A stretch of DNA of 57,566 nucleotides. It comes from Patescibacteria group bacterium (lineage in GTDB: Bacteria; Patescibacteriota; Patescibacteriia; Magasanikbacterales; UBA922). The notes below the pieces were generated by a model. The model had not been told where the DNA came from. It saw only the letters and a list, made by a program, of their open reading frames with translations, and did no database searches. Below, piece after piece: positions 8,586-18,997 of the stretch. How positions within the stretch are numbered: position 1 is the stretch's first letter; the number at the start of each line of letters is the position of its first letter. Location: assembly GCA_041651535.1 (NCBI GenBank), contig JBAZIZ010000004.1, forward strand, positions 90,341-147,906. Reading direction: 5' to 3'. Made by a program: the position numbers and the translations under genes.

Positions 8586-9614
8586 TTAAATATTATTTTT
8601 TACAAATTCTTCTATTTCTGTTTTTTCAATACCTAAAGCTGGTTTTTGTAAAACAACTATTTCTGGTAAAAAATTCAAATTTTGTTTTATTAAATCAGCT
8701 AATTGTCCCAAACTTGATTCCACAATAAAAATTTTTTTTATCTTATTCATTTTTTCATTTAAATCTTGGACAGGAAACGGACTGAGTGTACAAGGTTTAA
8801 ATAAACCAATTTTGATTCCTTTTTTTCTTAAATCTTTTATTGATTCGTAAGCAACCGCTGCAACAATTCCATGGGCGATAATCGCATAATCAGCTTTTTC
8901 TAATTCAAAAGAATCTGATTCACTTATTTCTTTTGCCAACAAAACAAAATCTTCTTTATCTGAAAATAATTTTTCTGCTAATTCTTCTTCAGCTGTATAA
9001 ATATTTCTAATATTTTTTTGTTTTTTTTCAGTAAACAAAGGAAAAGCTTTTTCATTTCTAAATTGATTAACAATTTCAAAATCTTGTTTTGTCTTTAAAA
9101 GATAACCATCGGTTAAAACAATAGCTGGGAAACGATATTTCCAAGCAACATTAAAAGCATAACGAATAAAACGATATAATTCTTTTAAATCACTTGGAGA
9201 ATAAACTATTCTCAAGCCTTCACCATTTCCGCCATGAACTGTTAAATTTACTTCTTGTTGCGAATAAATTACTGTTCCTGAACTTGGACCGCCTCTCTGG
9301 GCAATAATTGCTACAAAAGGTAGACGCATTCCTTCAGCCATACTCAAAGCATCTTGCATCAAAACATTTCCTGGGCCAGAAGTTGCTGTAAAACTTTTTT
9401 TACCAGCTATTACAGAACCACACAAAGCAAAACCAGCGGCAATTTCATCCTCGGTTTGAAGATATTGTAATTTTTTATTTTTTTGCGCTTGTTTTATCCA
9501 TTCATTTAAAATATCACTTGAAGGTGTGATTGGATAACCATACATAAACTCAGCTCCAGCTTCAATACAAGCTTTAGTTGCTACTTCATAACCATTTAAA
9601 AAAAATTTTTTCAT
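8586..9614 (-). CDS. 2-oxoacid:ferredoxin oxidoreductase, alpha subunit
   Basis: GYPITPSS...TEDEIAA...TSGPG motifs of the POR/KOR alpha N-terminal domain. Confidence 0.9.
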   Translation of the reverse strand: MKKFFLNGYEVATKACIEAGAEFMYGYPITPSSDILNEWIKQAQKNKKLQYLQTEDEIAAGFALCGSVIAGKKSFTATSGPGNVLMQDALSMAEGMRLPFVAIIAQRGGPSSGTVIYSQQEVNLTVHGGNGEGLRIVYSPSDLKELYRFIRYAFNVAWKYRFPAIVLTDGYLLKTKQDFEIVNQFRNEKAFPLFTEKKQKNIRNIYTAEEELAEKLFSDKEDFVLLAKEISESDSFELEKADYAIIAHGIVAAVAYESIKDLRKKGIKIGLFKPCTLSPFPVQDLNEKMNKIKKIFIVESSLGQLADLIKQNLNFLPEIVVLQKPALGIEKTEIEEFVKNNI

Positions 9615-9628
9615 AATAAAATTTGTGA

Positions 9629-10393
9629 TTATTTTTCTTGTTTTTTTCTTTGATCAGCTTCGGCTAATTGTTCTGGGTTATTTATTCCAAACCATTCATT
9701 TGAATTTTCAAGACAAATAACTTCGTATTTCTTTTTTTGTTCACGAGCCATGGCTAAAACAGTTGGTAAACCATATTCTCCTAATTTTCTTAACATTGGC
9801 ATTTTAGGAAACATTTCTTCAAACCATTTTCTATTAAAAACAAATGTGTTAGTATTTATTTCATTAATTTTTTTTTGTTCTTCTGTAAAATATTCTTTTT
9901 CAATAATTTCAATGTCACCATTTTCATGACGAACTATTCTTCCTAAATCGCCTGGCTGAGGCAATTTGACAGAAAGCAAGGTTAAAATATTTGAATTTTT
10001 TAAATGATGTTCAATAATTTTTTCTAAAGTTTCTGCTTTATAAAAAGCACTATCATCCCCATTTAAAATCAAAACTGTTTCAATGTCTTTTGGTAAAGAA
10101 GAAATTCCGACAAAAGCAGCATGAGCTGTACCTTTTTGTTCTTCTTGAGTTGCATAACTTACTTTGTCAGAAAAAAATTCTTTAACTTTTTCTCTTTGAA
10201 AACCAACTACTAAACAAATTTGTTTATCTGTAAAATTCATTTTTTGCAAAGTTTCAACTGTATAACTTACTATTGGACGGCCACCTATTTCTTTCATTAC
10301 TTTTGGAATATCGACACAATTTAATCTAGTGCCTTTGCCAGCAGCTAAAATAACTCCGCCAATTTTATTGATATTTTGTTTGTACATACTCAA
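9629..10393 (-). CDS. sugar-1-phosphate nucleotidyltransferase (GlmU N-terminal domain only, no LbH acetyltransferase domain)
   Basis: GVILAAGKGTRL signature. 254 aa, too short to include the left-handed beta-helix half of GlmU. Confidence 0.8.
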   Translation of the reverse strand: MSMYKQNINKIGGVILAAGKGTRLNCVDIPKVMKEIGGRPIVSYTVETLQKMNFTDKQICLVVGFQREKVKEFFSDKVSYATQEEQKGTAHAAFVGISSLPKDIETVLILNGDDSAFYKAETLEKIIEHHLKNSNILTLLSVKLPQPGDLGRIVRHENGDIEIIEKEYFTEEQKKINEINTNTFVFNRKWFEEMFPKMPMLRKLGEYGLPTVLAMAREQKKKYEVICLENSNEWFGINNPEQLAEADQRKKQEK

Positions 10394-11009
10394 AAATTTC
10401 AGTTAAAGTGTTAAAAAAAGGAATCTGACTTTTTTTATAATCTTCTAGGCTATATTTTTTAAGATCAGTTTTAGAAATTACAACCACATTATTAAAAAAA
10501 TTTTTTATTAAAATATTTTCTTTTATATCATCATTTATAAATAAATACTGTTTATTCTTTTTAAGCACTTTATTTAAATATACTTCTTTTCCACCATCCA
10601 AAACTTGGACTTTATCAAAATATTTTTTTACATTTGTAAATCTTATCTTTTTCATTTGGAAATCTTTCTGTCCTACAGATAACAAAATATTTTTTTGAGA
10701 AAATTTTTTCATATTATTTAAAAAATAATCTGCATCATCAGCCAACTTTATCTTCAAAAAAATCTTATTCAGTTCTTTTAAAGTATTTTTACAATCAAAA
10801 TTGTAACCAAAATTCTGCAAAAATTCTATATGTTCTTCAAAACTATAATCATTTATTTTGGGAGAATAGGTATTACGAGATAATAAATAACTTTTTTCAT
10901 AATCTTCTCTAGTTACTCCTAAACTCATAAAAAAATCCGCTATTTTTTTTTTAAAATCATAACGATTAAATAATGTCTCGTCAAAATCAATAAAAGCTAT
11001 TTCAAACAT
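10365..11009 (-). CDS. HAD-superfamily hydrolase
   Basis: IAFIDFDETLF (DxDxT motif I) near the N-terminus. Start moved to MFEIAF to avoid overlap with the aldolase. Confidence 0.65.
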   Translation of the reverse strand: MFEIAFIDFDETLFNRYDFKKKIADFFMSLGVTREDYEKSYLLSRNTYSPKINDYSFEEHIEFLQNFGYNFDCKNTLKELNKIFLKIKLADDADYFLNNMKKFSQKNILLSVGQKDFQMKKIRFTNVKKYFDKVQVLDGGKEVYLNKVLKKNKQYLFINDDIKENILIKNFFNNVVVISKTDLKKYSLEDYKKSQIPFFNTLTEIFEYVQTKYQ

Positions 11010-11016
11010 AAAAAAA

Positions 11017-12018
11017 TTATAATTTACCACGACTAGCTAAACTGGCTTTTTTTGCTGAAAGTAAAAAAACCTTTTGTGCTGTTGCAAAATTTTCATCTTT
11101 TCCTTGCCAAACTTCCAAAGCTGAATTTTGTAAAGCTCTACCAAAAGAATAAGTTAATCTCCAAGGTAATTTTTTAAATATTTTTTTATTATTAATTGCA
11201 TTTAAATTAGCACAAGCTTGATCTTCCGATTGTCCACCAGACAAAAATACAATGCCTTTTACTTCTGCTGGGACACTTTCAGTAAAACAAGCAATTGTTT
11301 TATTGGCTACATCAGCTGGTAAATCAATCTTGTTTTCTAAACCTGAAATTATCATATTTGGTTTTAACAAAATTCCAGGTAAATAAACATTTTTTTTCTT
11401 TAATTCTAAAAATACTTTATTTAAAACTTTTTTTGTAGTTTCATAACAAGCTTCAATATCATGGCGACCATCCATTAAAACTTCTGGTTCAACTATAGGC
11501 ACAATATCATTTTCTTGACAGATAAAAGCATAATGAGCCAAATCAAAAGCATTACGGTTTAAACATTCTTCACTTGGTAAATCTTTTCCAATATTAAAAA
11601 TTGCTCGCCATTTAGCGAAAACTACACCTGTTTCTTTATATTTTTTTATTCTTTCTGCCAAATCATCCAAGCCTAGAGTATACTTTTCAACTTTATTATC
11701 AGGAAAAAATTCTGTACCTAAATCAACTTTTATACCCGGATTAATTTTGTTCTTTTTTAAAAAATCAGTAAAAAGTACATTTTCATTATTTTTTTGATAT
11801 AAAGTTTCTTCAAATAAAATAACACCACTTAAATATTTTTTTGCTTTAGGAGCAGTAAATAACATTTCTCGATATTTTCTGCGATTTTCAGGAGTTGATT
11901 CTAAATTAATTTTTGTAAATCTTTTGGCAATAGAAGCAAAACTTTCATCTGCTGCTAAAATTCCTTTTTTAGGCTGTAAAAGACTTTTTACAATCTTATC
12001 TAATTTTCTTTTATTCAT
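11017..12018 (-). CDS. fructose-bisphosphate aldolase, class I
   Basis: GILAADES...LLKPNMII (Schiff-base Lys region)...LSGGQS. Start placed at MNKRKLDKIV. Confidence 0.9.
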   Translation of the reverse strand: MNKRKLDKIVKSLLQPKKGILAADESFASIAKRFTKINLESTPENRRKYREMLFTAPKAKKYLSGVILFEETLYQKNNENVLFTDFLKKNKINPGIKVDLGTEFFPDNKVEKYTLGLDDLAERIKKYKETGVVFAKWRAIFNIGKDLPSEECLNRNAFDLAHYAFICQENDIVPIVEPEVLMDGRHDIEACYETTKKVLNKVFLELKKKNVYLPGILLKPNMIISGLENKIDLPADVANKTIACFTESVPAEVKGIVFLSGGQSEDQACANLNAINNKKIFKKLPWRLTYSFGRALQNSALEVWQGKDENFATAQKVFLLSAKKASLASRGKL

Positions 12019-12085
12019 ATTTTTAATTAAAAAACAGTACTTATAGAGTACCATTTTTAAAAAAAGTTTTCAATTGTTAAAAAAA

Positions 12086-12349
12086 TTAAAAATCTAAACC
12101 TGAACGACCTAAAGCTCCATCCCACAATTCTTCTAATTCATATTCTAAATCCAATTCTTCAGCTTGGTCCCCATACCATTGGTCAAAAGCGACTTTTAAT
12201 TCATCAATATCTGAAGCATTTTCTAAAGCATCTTCTAACATCGCGTATTTTTCTTCATGAGTTCTAGCCATACCTTCCTCAATTTCTTCTAAAACTTCTC
12301 TGATTTGTTCAAGAAGTGAGGTTTTCATTATTTCGTATTGTTCTTCCAT
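12086..12349 (-). CDS. highly acidic small protein (87 aa)
   Basis: Track ORF, D/E-rich throughout. No recognisable domain. Confidence 0.5.
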   Translation of the reverse strand: MEEQYEIMKTSLLEQIREVLEEIEEGMARTHEEKYAMLEDALENASDIDELKVAFDQWYGDQAEELDLEYELEELWDGALGRSGLDF

Positions 12350-12531
12350 AAAAACTAAAAAAATTAAAAATAAAATTATTCAAAAACAAATATATCACAA
12401 CAGAAAAATAATTCAAGTAATTTTTCTGTGGATAATATCCTTCTTTTTTAGATTACAGAAAATCTAGGTCAAGCTATTGACTTTTCAAAAAATATGCTAT
12501 ACTATGGGTGTTAATTTTTAATCCCGAAAAC

Positions 12532-13257
12532 ATGACTATAAAAAACGTTTTTTTAAATATTTTTTTAAAATTTATTTTGTTCGTTTTGTGTGGATTCGGA
12601 ATTTTCTTTTTAGTTTTTTTTGCTTATTATTTTTATCAAATTAAATTTGGTGATACTGAGAAGATAAATAAAATAAATGCTAATTTTAGTGCAGTTAGCC
12701 AAAATCAAGAGACTGATTTTCAAACCACTGAAATAAAAAATTGGGAAAATCTAATTAATAATTATAATCCTAAAAAAGGTGAGGATAATTCTCAAATAAA
12801 AATTATTGCTTTTATGGATTTTGAATGTTCTTACTGCAAACAAGATTATAAAAAAATATTAGATATACAAGAAAAATTTCCAATTAGTCAAATTATTTTT
12901 AAATATACTCCAATTTTAAATGGCACTGAAAATTTATCTTATAAAACTGCTTTAGCCAGTGCCTGTGCCAATGAGCAAGGTTATTTCTGGGAATATTATG
13001 AAAAATTATTTACAAATGAAAATCATACCCAAAACAATCTTTTTCAAATAGCTTCTGATTTAGGATTGGACACAGAAAATTTTCAAAATTGTTTCAATTC
13101 TGAAACTTATAAAAATCAAATCAACCAAGATTTAAAAGATTTTTCTGATTATAATTTTAGAGGCACACCAACTTATTTAATAAACGGTTATATTTTAGAA
13201 GGAGTGCAGGCTGAAAAAAATTGGACTGAAAAAATTTTACAACTCATAAATAATTAA
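12532..13257 (+). CDS. DsbA-family thiol:disulfide oxidoreductase, membrane-anchored
   Basis: N-terminal TM helix, FECSYCKQ (CxxC) thioredoxin motif, GTPTYLING. Start moved to ATG 12532, downstream of the TGcTATACT -10 at 12494-12502. Confidence 0.75.
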   Translation: MTIKNVFLNIFLKFILFVLCGFGIFFLVFFAYYFYQIKFGDTEKINKINANFSAVSQNQETDFQTTEIKNWENLINNYNPKKGEDNSQIKIIAFMDFECSYCKQDYKKILDIQEKFPISQIIFKYTPILNGTENLSYKTALASACANEQGYFWEYYEKLFTNENHTQNNLFQIASDLGLDTENFQNCFNSETYKNQINQDLKDFSDYNFRGTPTYLINGYILEGVQAEKNWTEKILQLINN

Positions 13258-13266
13258 TTAAAAAAT

Positions 13267-14631
13267 ATGCGAAAACTTTTTTTTCTGTTTCTATCCATAT
13301 TTTCTTTTTTACCTTTGTCCGTTGGAGCTGTTAATTTAGATACAAATCATTGTTGGGAAAAACAAAAATGTATCACCTATCGTGAACAAACTTTTTATTT
13401 AACGACAAACGAAGCAAAAGAAGGTTTCAAAATTACATCAGAATCTATGCTGATTTGTGATACAGATGAAAAAGGCAAAAGTAATAAATTTGATGGTGAA
13501 TTTGGTTTTTGTCTAGCTTCAAGTGCAGCTACAACCAATATTTCTATTGCTGGTAGAAATGATTTTACAGATTTAACTGATTTTATATCTTATATTTATA
13601 AATATGCTTTTGCGGCTGCTAGTATCGTAGCTATAATTATTATAATAATTGCTGGAATTCAATGGATTATATCTGGCGGAGAATCAAATGCTATTTCTGA
13701 AGCTAAGAAAAAAATTGCTGGAGCAAGTATTGGTTTAATTCTTTTAGCTTTATCTTACTCTATTCTTTACACCATAAATCCTTATTTAGTAAATTTTCGA
13801 CCAATGAATATTTATATGGTTAATGAAGATTATTATGCACCTTATTGTTCACAATTAAAAGATAAAAATACTTCCTTATATACAAGTCCGGCAACTAGTG
13901 CTAATAAATCTGAATCAGTTTCTTCAAGTCGAGCAATTTGTGGAAAAAATTATTATGTTGGCGCTGGAGAAAAAACTTGCCAAGGTAGTTATTGTGAGAA
14001 AGCTGGAACAATGTGTGCTTTAGCTGCTTTAAATACAACAACACCAAGTTGTATTGAAGCTAATATCACAGGCAAAGTTGTAAATAATGGTTTCCTTTAT
14101 ATTTTAAGTGAGATTGTGGATAGTGTTACTTTTTCTGAAGGCTGGGAATGGACTTGGGTAAATGAACCTAAAATTTATTATGTTTGTAACGATGGTACAT
14201 TTAATGATTTAGAAACAAAAATTTCAGAAACAAAAGAAGACAATGACTTAAAAGTACAAATATATAAAACGGGTTTAAGAAATCAAAAAATTGATCAAAA
14301 TTTATGTAATAAAAATAAAGGGTTAAAAGGATTTTTACTTGCTATTGAATTTAATGAAAATGGCGATGCTTCTGATGAAAAACACTTAGTCGGAATAACT
14401 GAATGTAATGATGCAAACATTTGTGTTGGAGTTGATATGAGTGATGTCTCTACTTCTGATATTTTTAATAAAGTAAAAACAATAGATATTTTAAAAGCAG
14501 CTAAAGAAAAATATTTTATTGATGAAGCAGAATTATTAAAAGGTATAACTATAAATATAAATGTTAAAAATTTCCAAGATATTGATGACGAAGACACTGA
14601 AAGAAAATTTTATGAATATTTAAGTAGATAA
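13267..14631 (+). CDS. secreted/membrane protein: VirB2/TrbC-like T4SS-pilin domain fused to a Cys-rich C-terminal domain
   Basis: Signal peptide. [48 protein letters not shown] matches, from memory, the two-helix pilin family common in CPR. About 270 further residues contain many Cys. Confidence 0.6.
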   Translation: MRKLFFLFLSIFSFLPLSVGAVNLDTNHCWEKQKCITYREQTFYLTTNEAKEGFKITSESMLICDTDEKGKSNKFDGEFGFCLASSAATTNISIAGRNDFTDLTDFISYIYKYAFAAASIVAIIIIIIAGIQWIISGGESNAISEAKKKIAGASIGLILLALSYSILYTINPYLVNFRPMNIYMVNEDYYAPYCSQLKDKNTSLYTSPATSANKSESVSSSRAICGKNYYVGAGEKTCQGSYCEKAGTMCALAALNTTTPSCIEANITGKVVNNGFLYILSEIVDSVTFSEGWEWTWVNEPKIYYVCNDGTFNDLETKISETKEDNDLKVQIYKTGLRNQKIDQNLCNKNKGLKGFLLAIEFNENGDASDEKHLVGITECNDANICVGVDMSDVSTSDIFNKVKTIDILKAAKEKYFIDEAELLKGITININVKNFQDIDDEDTERKFYEYLSR

Positions 14632-14635
14632 TAAT

Positions 14636-17437
14636 ATGAATGAAAAAATTAAAATAAAAAATGCCAAAGTCCATAATTTAAAAAATATTTCTTTGGAAAT
14701 TCCAAAAAATAAATTAGTAGTTATCACTGGTTTATCTGGTTCGGGAAAATCCAGTTTGGCTTTTGATACAATTTATGCTGAGGGTCAAAGACGTTACGCT
14801 GAGAGTCTAAACGCTTATGCTCGTCAATTTATGGACATGCAAGACAAACCTGATGTTGATGAAATCACTGGTTTATCACCAACCATTGCTATCGCCCAAA
14901 GAAACAATACTCAAAATCCTCGTTCAACAGTTGGCACTAGTACTGAAATATATGATTATTTAAGATTGTTATTTGCCAGACTAGGCGTACAATATTGCCC
15001 AAATTGTAATCAAAAAGTAAATTCAAATACTGTTGGTGAAATTACTGAAATTATTCGAAAAAAAATAAAAAATGGTGAAGAAGTTTTACTAAGTTCACCT
15101 ATTATTCGTCAAGAAAATATTAAAGTAAAAAATTTAAAAACAAGATTAGAAAAAACTGGATACGGTGAAATTCTGATCAATGGATCATTAAAAAAATTAA
15201 AAGATATTAATATTTTTCCTTTTAAAAATGATTCTTTATATGATATTGATATCGTGATTGGCGAAGTAAAAAAAATCAATCCAAAAAATCTTTTAAAAGA
15301 AATAGAAAAAGCTTTAGATTATTCTAATGGTTTTGTTAAAACTATAAATTTAGTTGATAATGAAGAAAATATTTTTTCTCTATTACCTATTTGTTCAAAA
15401 TGTAATAAAATTTTTGAAAAAATAAATCCTACTTTATTTAGTTTTAATAATCCGCATGGAGCCTGTCGCCGTTGTACTGGCTTGGGAAAAACTTTGGAAG
15501 TTGATCCGGAATTAGTAATTCCAAATCCAAAATTAACAATTGCTGAAGGTGCTATACAACCATGGACACGTTTAATTGGAAATGGACAAAATTATTTAAA
15601 TATTTTAGAAAAAGTTGCTGAAACTCATGGTTTTTCTATTCATACACCAGTCGAACAACTTGATCAAAAAGCTATTAACACTGTTTTATATGGAACTGAT
15701 GGTACTGAATATTTAATTGAAAATAAAAAATGTCATTATGAAGGAGTAGTGCCAAATTTAACTAATAAATATTTAGAAACAAAATCTGATTATGTAAAAA
15801 AAGAAATAGAAGTTTACATGAAAGAAAATGTCTGTCCGATTTGTCATGGCAAAAGATTAAAAGCTGAAAATCTAGCAATAAAAATAAACAACCAAAATAT
15901 TGCTGACATAGTTGAAATGAGTATTGAAGAATCTTATGAATTTTTCAAAAATTTTGTTAAATCAATGAACGAACAAAATAAAAAAATTGCTGAACCAATT
16001 ATCAAAGAAGTTTCTAAAAGATTAAAAAATTTACTTGAAGTTGGTTTAAATTATTTAACTTTAGACAGACCGCTAAACACTCTTTCTGGTGGTGAATCAC
16101 AAAGAATTAGATTATCAAGTCAATTATCAGCTGGGCTTTCTGGACTTATCTATATTTTAGATGAGCCAAGCATTGGATTACATCCAAAAGATAATGATAA
16201 ATTAATAAAAACTTTAAAATCTCTGCGTGATACAGGCAATACTGTAATTGTGGTGGAACATGATAGAGATTTGATGAAAGAAGCTGATTATATTATTGAT
16301 ATTGGTCCAGGAGCTGGTGAATATGGTGGAGAGATTATGGCAGCTGGTACAAACCAAATGATCCAAAAATCACAAAAATCTTTAACCGGACTTTATTTAA
16401 GTGGTAAAGTTAAAATTGAAGAAAATAAAAAATTTCGTCAAGGTAATGGGAAATTTATTTCTATTTTAGGTGCCAAAGCAAATAATTTAAAAAATATTGA
16501 TGTCAATATTCCACTAGGAAAACTAGTGAGTATTACCGGGGTTTCTGGTTCTGGTAAATCAACTTTAATTTTAGATATTTTAAGTAAATATTTAACAAAA
16601 TATTTTTATCGTTCAAAAGAAGAACCAGGAGCTTTTACTAAAATAAAAGGAATAAATAATATTGATAAAGTAATTTCTATAGATCAAACTCCGATTGGAC
16701 GCACACCTCGCTCCAATCCAGCCACTTATACTGGTTTATTTGCTTTGATTCGTGATTTATTTGCTGAATTACCAGAAGCTAAAATGCGCGGTTATACAGC
16801 TGGAACTTTTAGTTTTAATGTCAAAGGTGATGGACGTTGCGAAACTTGTGGAGGCGAAGGTTATATCACAATTCCAATGCATTTTTTAAATGATGTTTAT
16901 GCAGAATGTCCTGATTGTCACGGGACTAGATACACAAAAGAAGTTTTGGAAGTTCATTATCGTGAAAAAAATATTGCTGAAGTTTTAGATATGACTATTG
17001 AAGAAGCATTTAGATTTTTTCAAGGTAAACAAAATATTATAGAAAAATTACAAATTTTACGAAATGTTGGTTTAAATTATATCGGACTTGGACAACCTGC
17101 CACAACTCTTTCTGGTGGTGAAGCACAAAGAATAAAATTAGCTACTGAACTTTCACGTCGTTCAACTGGAAAAACTTTATATATTTTGGATGAACCAAGT
17201 ACTGGACTTCATTTTGAAGATATAAAAAAACTACTTCATGTTTTAAATCAATTAGTTGACAAAGGAAACACTGTTTTAATAATTGAACATAATACTGATA
17301 TTATCAAATCTAGTGATTGGGTAATTGATTTGGGTCCTGAAGGTGGAAAAAAAGGTGGTGAAATTATCGCCGAAGGAACTCCAAATGATATCAAAAAAAA
17401 TAAAAACAGTTTTACTGGACAATATCTTAAAAAGTAA
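14636..17437 (+). CDS. uvrA: excinuclease ABC subunit A
   Basis: [23 protein letters not shown], two ABC modules, zinc-finger Cys clusters. 933 aa. Confidence 0.97.
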   Translation: MNEKIKIKNAKVHNLKNISLEIPKNKLVVITGLSGSGKSSLAFDTIYAEGQRRYAESLNAYARQFMDMQDKPDVDEITGLSPTIAIAQRNNTQNPRSTVGTSTEIYDYLRLLFARLGVQYCPNCNQKVNSNTVGEITEIIRKKIKNGEEVLLSSPIIRQENIKVKNLKTRLEKTGYGEILINGSLKKLKDINIFPFKNDSLYDIDIVIGEVKKINPKNLLKEIEKALDYSNGFVKTINLVDNEENIFSLLPICSKCNKIFEKINPTLFSFNNPHGACRRCTGLGKTLEVDPELVIPNPKLTIAEGAIQPWTRLIGNGQNYLNILEKVAETHGFSIHTPVEQLDQKAINTVLYGTDGTEYLIENKKCHYEGVVPNLTNKYLETKSDYVKKEIEVYMKENVCPICHGKRLKAENLAIKINNQNIADIVEMSIEESYEFFKNFVKSMNEQNKKIAEPIIKEVSKRLKNLLEVGLNYLTLDRPLNTLSGGESQRIRLSSQLSAGLSGLIYILDEPSIGLHPKDNDKLIKTLKSLRDTGNTVIVVEHDRDLMKEADYIIDIGPGAGEYGGEIMAAGTNQMIQKSQKSLTGLYLSGKVKIEENKKFRQGNGKFISILGAKANNLKNIDVNIPLGKLVSITGVSGSGKSTLILDILSKYLTKYFYRSKEEPGAFTKIKGINNIDKVISIDQTPIGRTPRSNPATYTGLFALIRDLFAELPEAKMRGYTAGTFSFNVKGDGRCETCGGEGYITIPMHFLNDVYAECPDCHGTRYTKEVLEVHYREKNIAEVLDMTIEEAFRFFQGKQNIIEKLQILRNVGLNYIGLGQPATTLSGGEAQRIKLATELSRRSTGKTLYILDEPSTGLHFEDIKKLLHVLNQLVDKGNTVLIIEHNTDIIKSSDWVIDLGPEGGKKGGEIIAEGTPNDIKKNKNSFTGQYLKK

Positions 17438-17464
17438 AAAATTAAAAGGAAAAATTCAAAAATA

Positions 17465-17492
17465 AAAAAATCTGTTTTAAGCAGATTTTTTT
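17465..17492 (+). terminator. uvrA intrinsic terminator
   Basis: AAAAATCTG-TTTTAAG-CAGATTTTTTT hairpin plus T-run. Confidence 0.7.
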
Positions 17493-17496
17493 GTAA

Positions 17497-17522
17497 AACA
17501 AAACCCGAGCCGAAGCCCGGAT
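17497..17522 (-). terminator. UUCG-tetraloop terminator (CCGGGC-UUCG-GCUCGG + U-run on minus strand)
   Basis: Downstream of the minus-strand small membrane ORFs. Near-identical hairpin to 33817-33838. Confidence 0.7.
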
Positions 17523-17544
17523 ATAAAAACTCCAAAAAAATTTT

Positions 17545-17787
17545 TCAAAAACCGATGGTAATAAACCACCAGTTTATATTAAAAAAATAAAAAAACGGAG
17601 ACAAAATCATACAGCCTATCACTCCCAAAAGACTGAGGATGATTCCTGCGATAAAAAATCCTCCCAGAAAAAGAAAAAATTTAAAGAAAAAATTTTTTCT
17701 TGTTTCACAGGTTAAAAATTCGGTCCCTATTCCAAAAATGATAAAGACCGCCCAAAAAACAAAACCGAAAATTTCACTAGTTTTCAT
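17545..17787 (-). CDS. small integral membrane protein (80 aa)
   Basis: GGAGATTGTCATG SD. Three hydrophobic segments. Confidence 0.5.
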   Translation of the reverse strand: MKTSEIFGFVFWAVFIIFGIGTEFLTCETRKNFFFKFFLFLGGFFIAGIILSLLGVIGCMILSPFFYFFNINWWFITIGF

Positions 17788-17995
17788 GACAATCTCCTTT
17801 TTTTTCTTTTTGTTTAATAAAAAAATTAGAAATCAATTTTAAAATATAAAAAACAACGAGACAAAAAAAAGAATGACTAAAACTTACAGAAGATTCTTTC
17901 CAATTTTGACTTATTTTTGCCTCTAAACCGATAATCCCCAAAAAAATAAAAGCAAAAAAAAGCAAAAAACAAATAAACGAAACAAATCTTTTCAT
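17777..17995 (-). CDS. small integral membrane protein
   Basis: GGGGGAAAAGATG SD supports a start at MKRFVSF. Overlaps the next ORF by 11 nt. Confidence 0.45.
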   Translation of the reverse strand: MKRFVSFICFLLFFAFIFLGIIGLEAKISQNWKESSVSFSHSFFCLVVFYILKLISNFFIKQKEKKGDCHEN

Positions 17996-18102
17996 CTTTT
18001 CCCCCAACATAAATTATTAATGAGCAACTAATAAAACGATAGCAAAATAGAACTAACCTGTCAATAATAAAATTTTACTTTTTTATTTTAAAATGCTAAG
18101 AT

Positions 18103-18130
18103 AAAATAAATTAAAAATGCAAAATTAAAA
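18103..18130. repeat. A/T-rich motif copy 6 (inverted orientation: AAATAAATTAAAAATGCAAAATTAAAAT)
   Basis: Contains the reverse complement of TTAATTTTGCATTTT. Ends 1 nt before the ATG at 18132. Confidence 0.6.
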
Positions 18131-18131
18131 T

Positions 18132-18515
18132 ATGAAAAAAATAATTATTGGTTCAAGCATGAAATTTCGCAATATAATCAAAGAAACAATGAAAAAATTG
18201 GATGATTTGGGTTTTGTAGCAGTATTTCCAAATATTGATTATAGTGAAGAAAATAGAGATGTAGCTCTTTCTATTCAAGAAAAAGCAAAATTAGCAGAAG
18301 AACACCACAAAGCAATAGAAAAAGCAGATGCTGTCTATTTTATTTTACCAGAAGGTTATATGGGAACAAGTTGTAAAATTGAACTTGGTTATGCACTTGC
18401 ACTTAAAAAGGCAATTTATTTTTCTGAATTAACTAATGATTTAGGTATTGATGCTTATCCAAAAAAAATTATTTCTTTAAATAATTTAGAAGAATTTAAA
18501 AATGAATTAAAATAG
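18132..18515 (+). CDS. nucleoside 2-deoxyribosyltransferase-like superfamily protein
   Basis: IIIGSS...ADAVYFILPEGYMGTSCKIELGYALALKKAIYF resembles the GYxGxSxxxExGyA motif of this Rossmann-like family (from memory). Confidence 0.5.
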   Translation: MKKIIIGSSMKFRNIIKETMKKLDDLGFVAVFPNIDYSEENRDVALSIQEKAKLAEEHHKAIEKADAVYFILPEGYMGTSCKIELGYALALKKAIYFSELTNDLGIDAYPKKIISLNNLEEFKNELK

Positions 18516-18581
18516 ATAAAATACTATATTTTCTTGTTTTGAAACAATAAAATAAATACATACTTAATTTTATCAAATTTT

Positions 18582-18946
18582 ATGAAAAAAATTCTGTTTT
18601 TTTTCTAAAAAAACATGATTTTTTATTTAAACAATGGTGGTTTCGTCTAGGAATTATTTTATATATAATTTTTATACTTTATATTTTTGCGTTTGCCATT
18701 AATGATTATATGGATAGTTTTTTAAAATGTTATGATATCACCACTGACTTACACTTTAAACATTCTTATTATTCAACAAACATGCAATATGAAAACGCCA
18801 TGTTAGAATGTAAAAATAATGTTTTTAGAAATCTACCAATAGCTGCAGGATATGGATTATTGTTAACAATTTCTTCTCATTATTTATTTCAATTTATTTT
18901 CTTCGTAATAATAATAAATTTTATATATTTAGGTAGCAAAGAATAA
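18582..18946 (+). pseudogene. small membrane protein interrupted by a frameshift in a T8 run
   Basis: ATG 18582 (MKKILFFF) stops after 8 codons. The frame of track ORF 18710..18946 is open back to 18551 and encodes a TM helix (WWFRLGIILYIIFILYIFAFAI) with no ATG. A 1-nt slip in T8 (about 18596-18603) joins them. Confidence 0.3.
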
Positions 18947-18962
18947 AAAAACCATAATATTC

Positions 18963-18997
18963 AAAAAAACAGTCTTATTTTTCTAAGACTGTTTTTT
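18963..18997. terminator. bidirectional terminator hairpin (CAGTCTTA/TAAGACTG flanked by A7 and T6)
   Basis: Perfect 8-bp stem at 18970-18977/18984-18991. Confidence 0.7.

Noticed and set aside
18710-18946. 78-aa track ORF as an independent gene.
   Set aside because: The frame is open 159 nt upstream and encodes a TM helix without a start codon. It is more parsimoniously the 3' part of a frameshifted gene starting at 18582.
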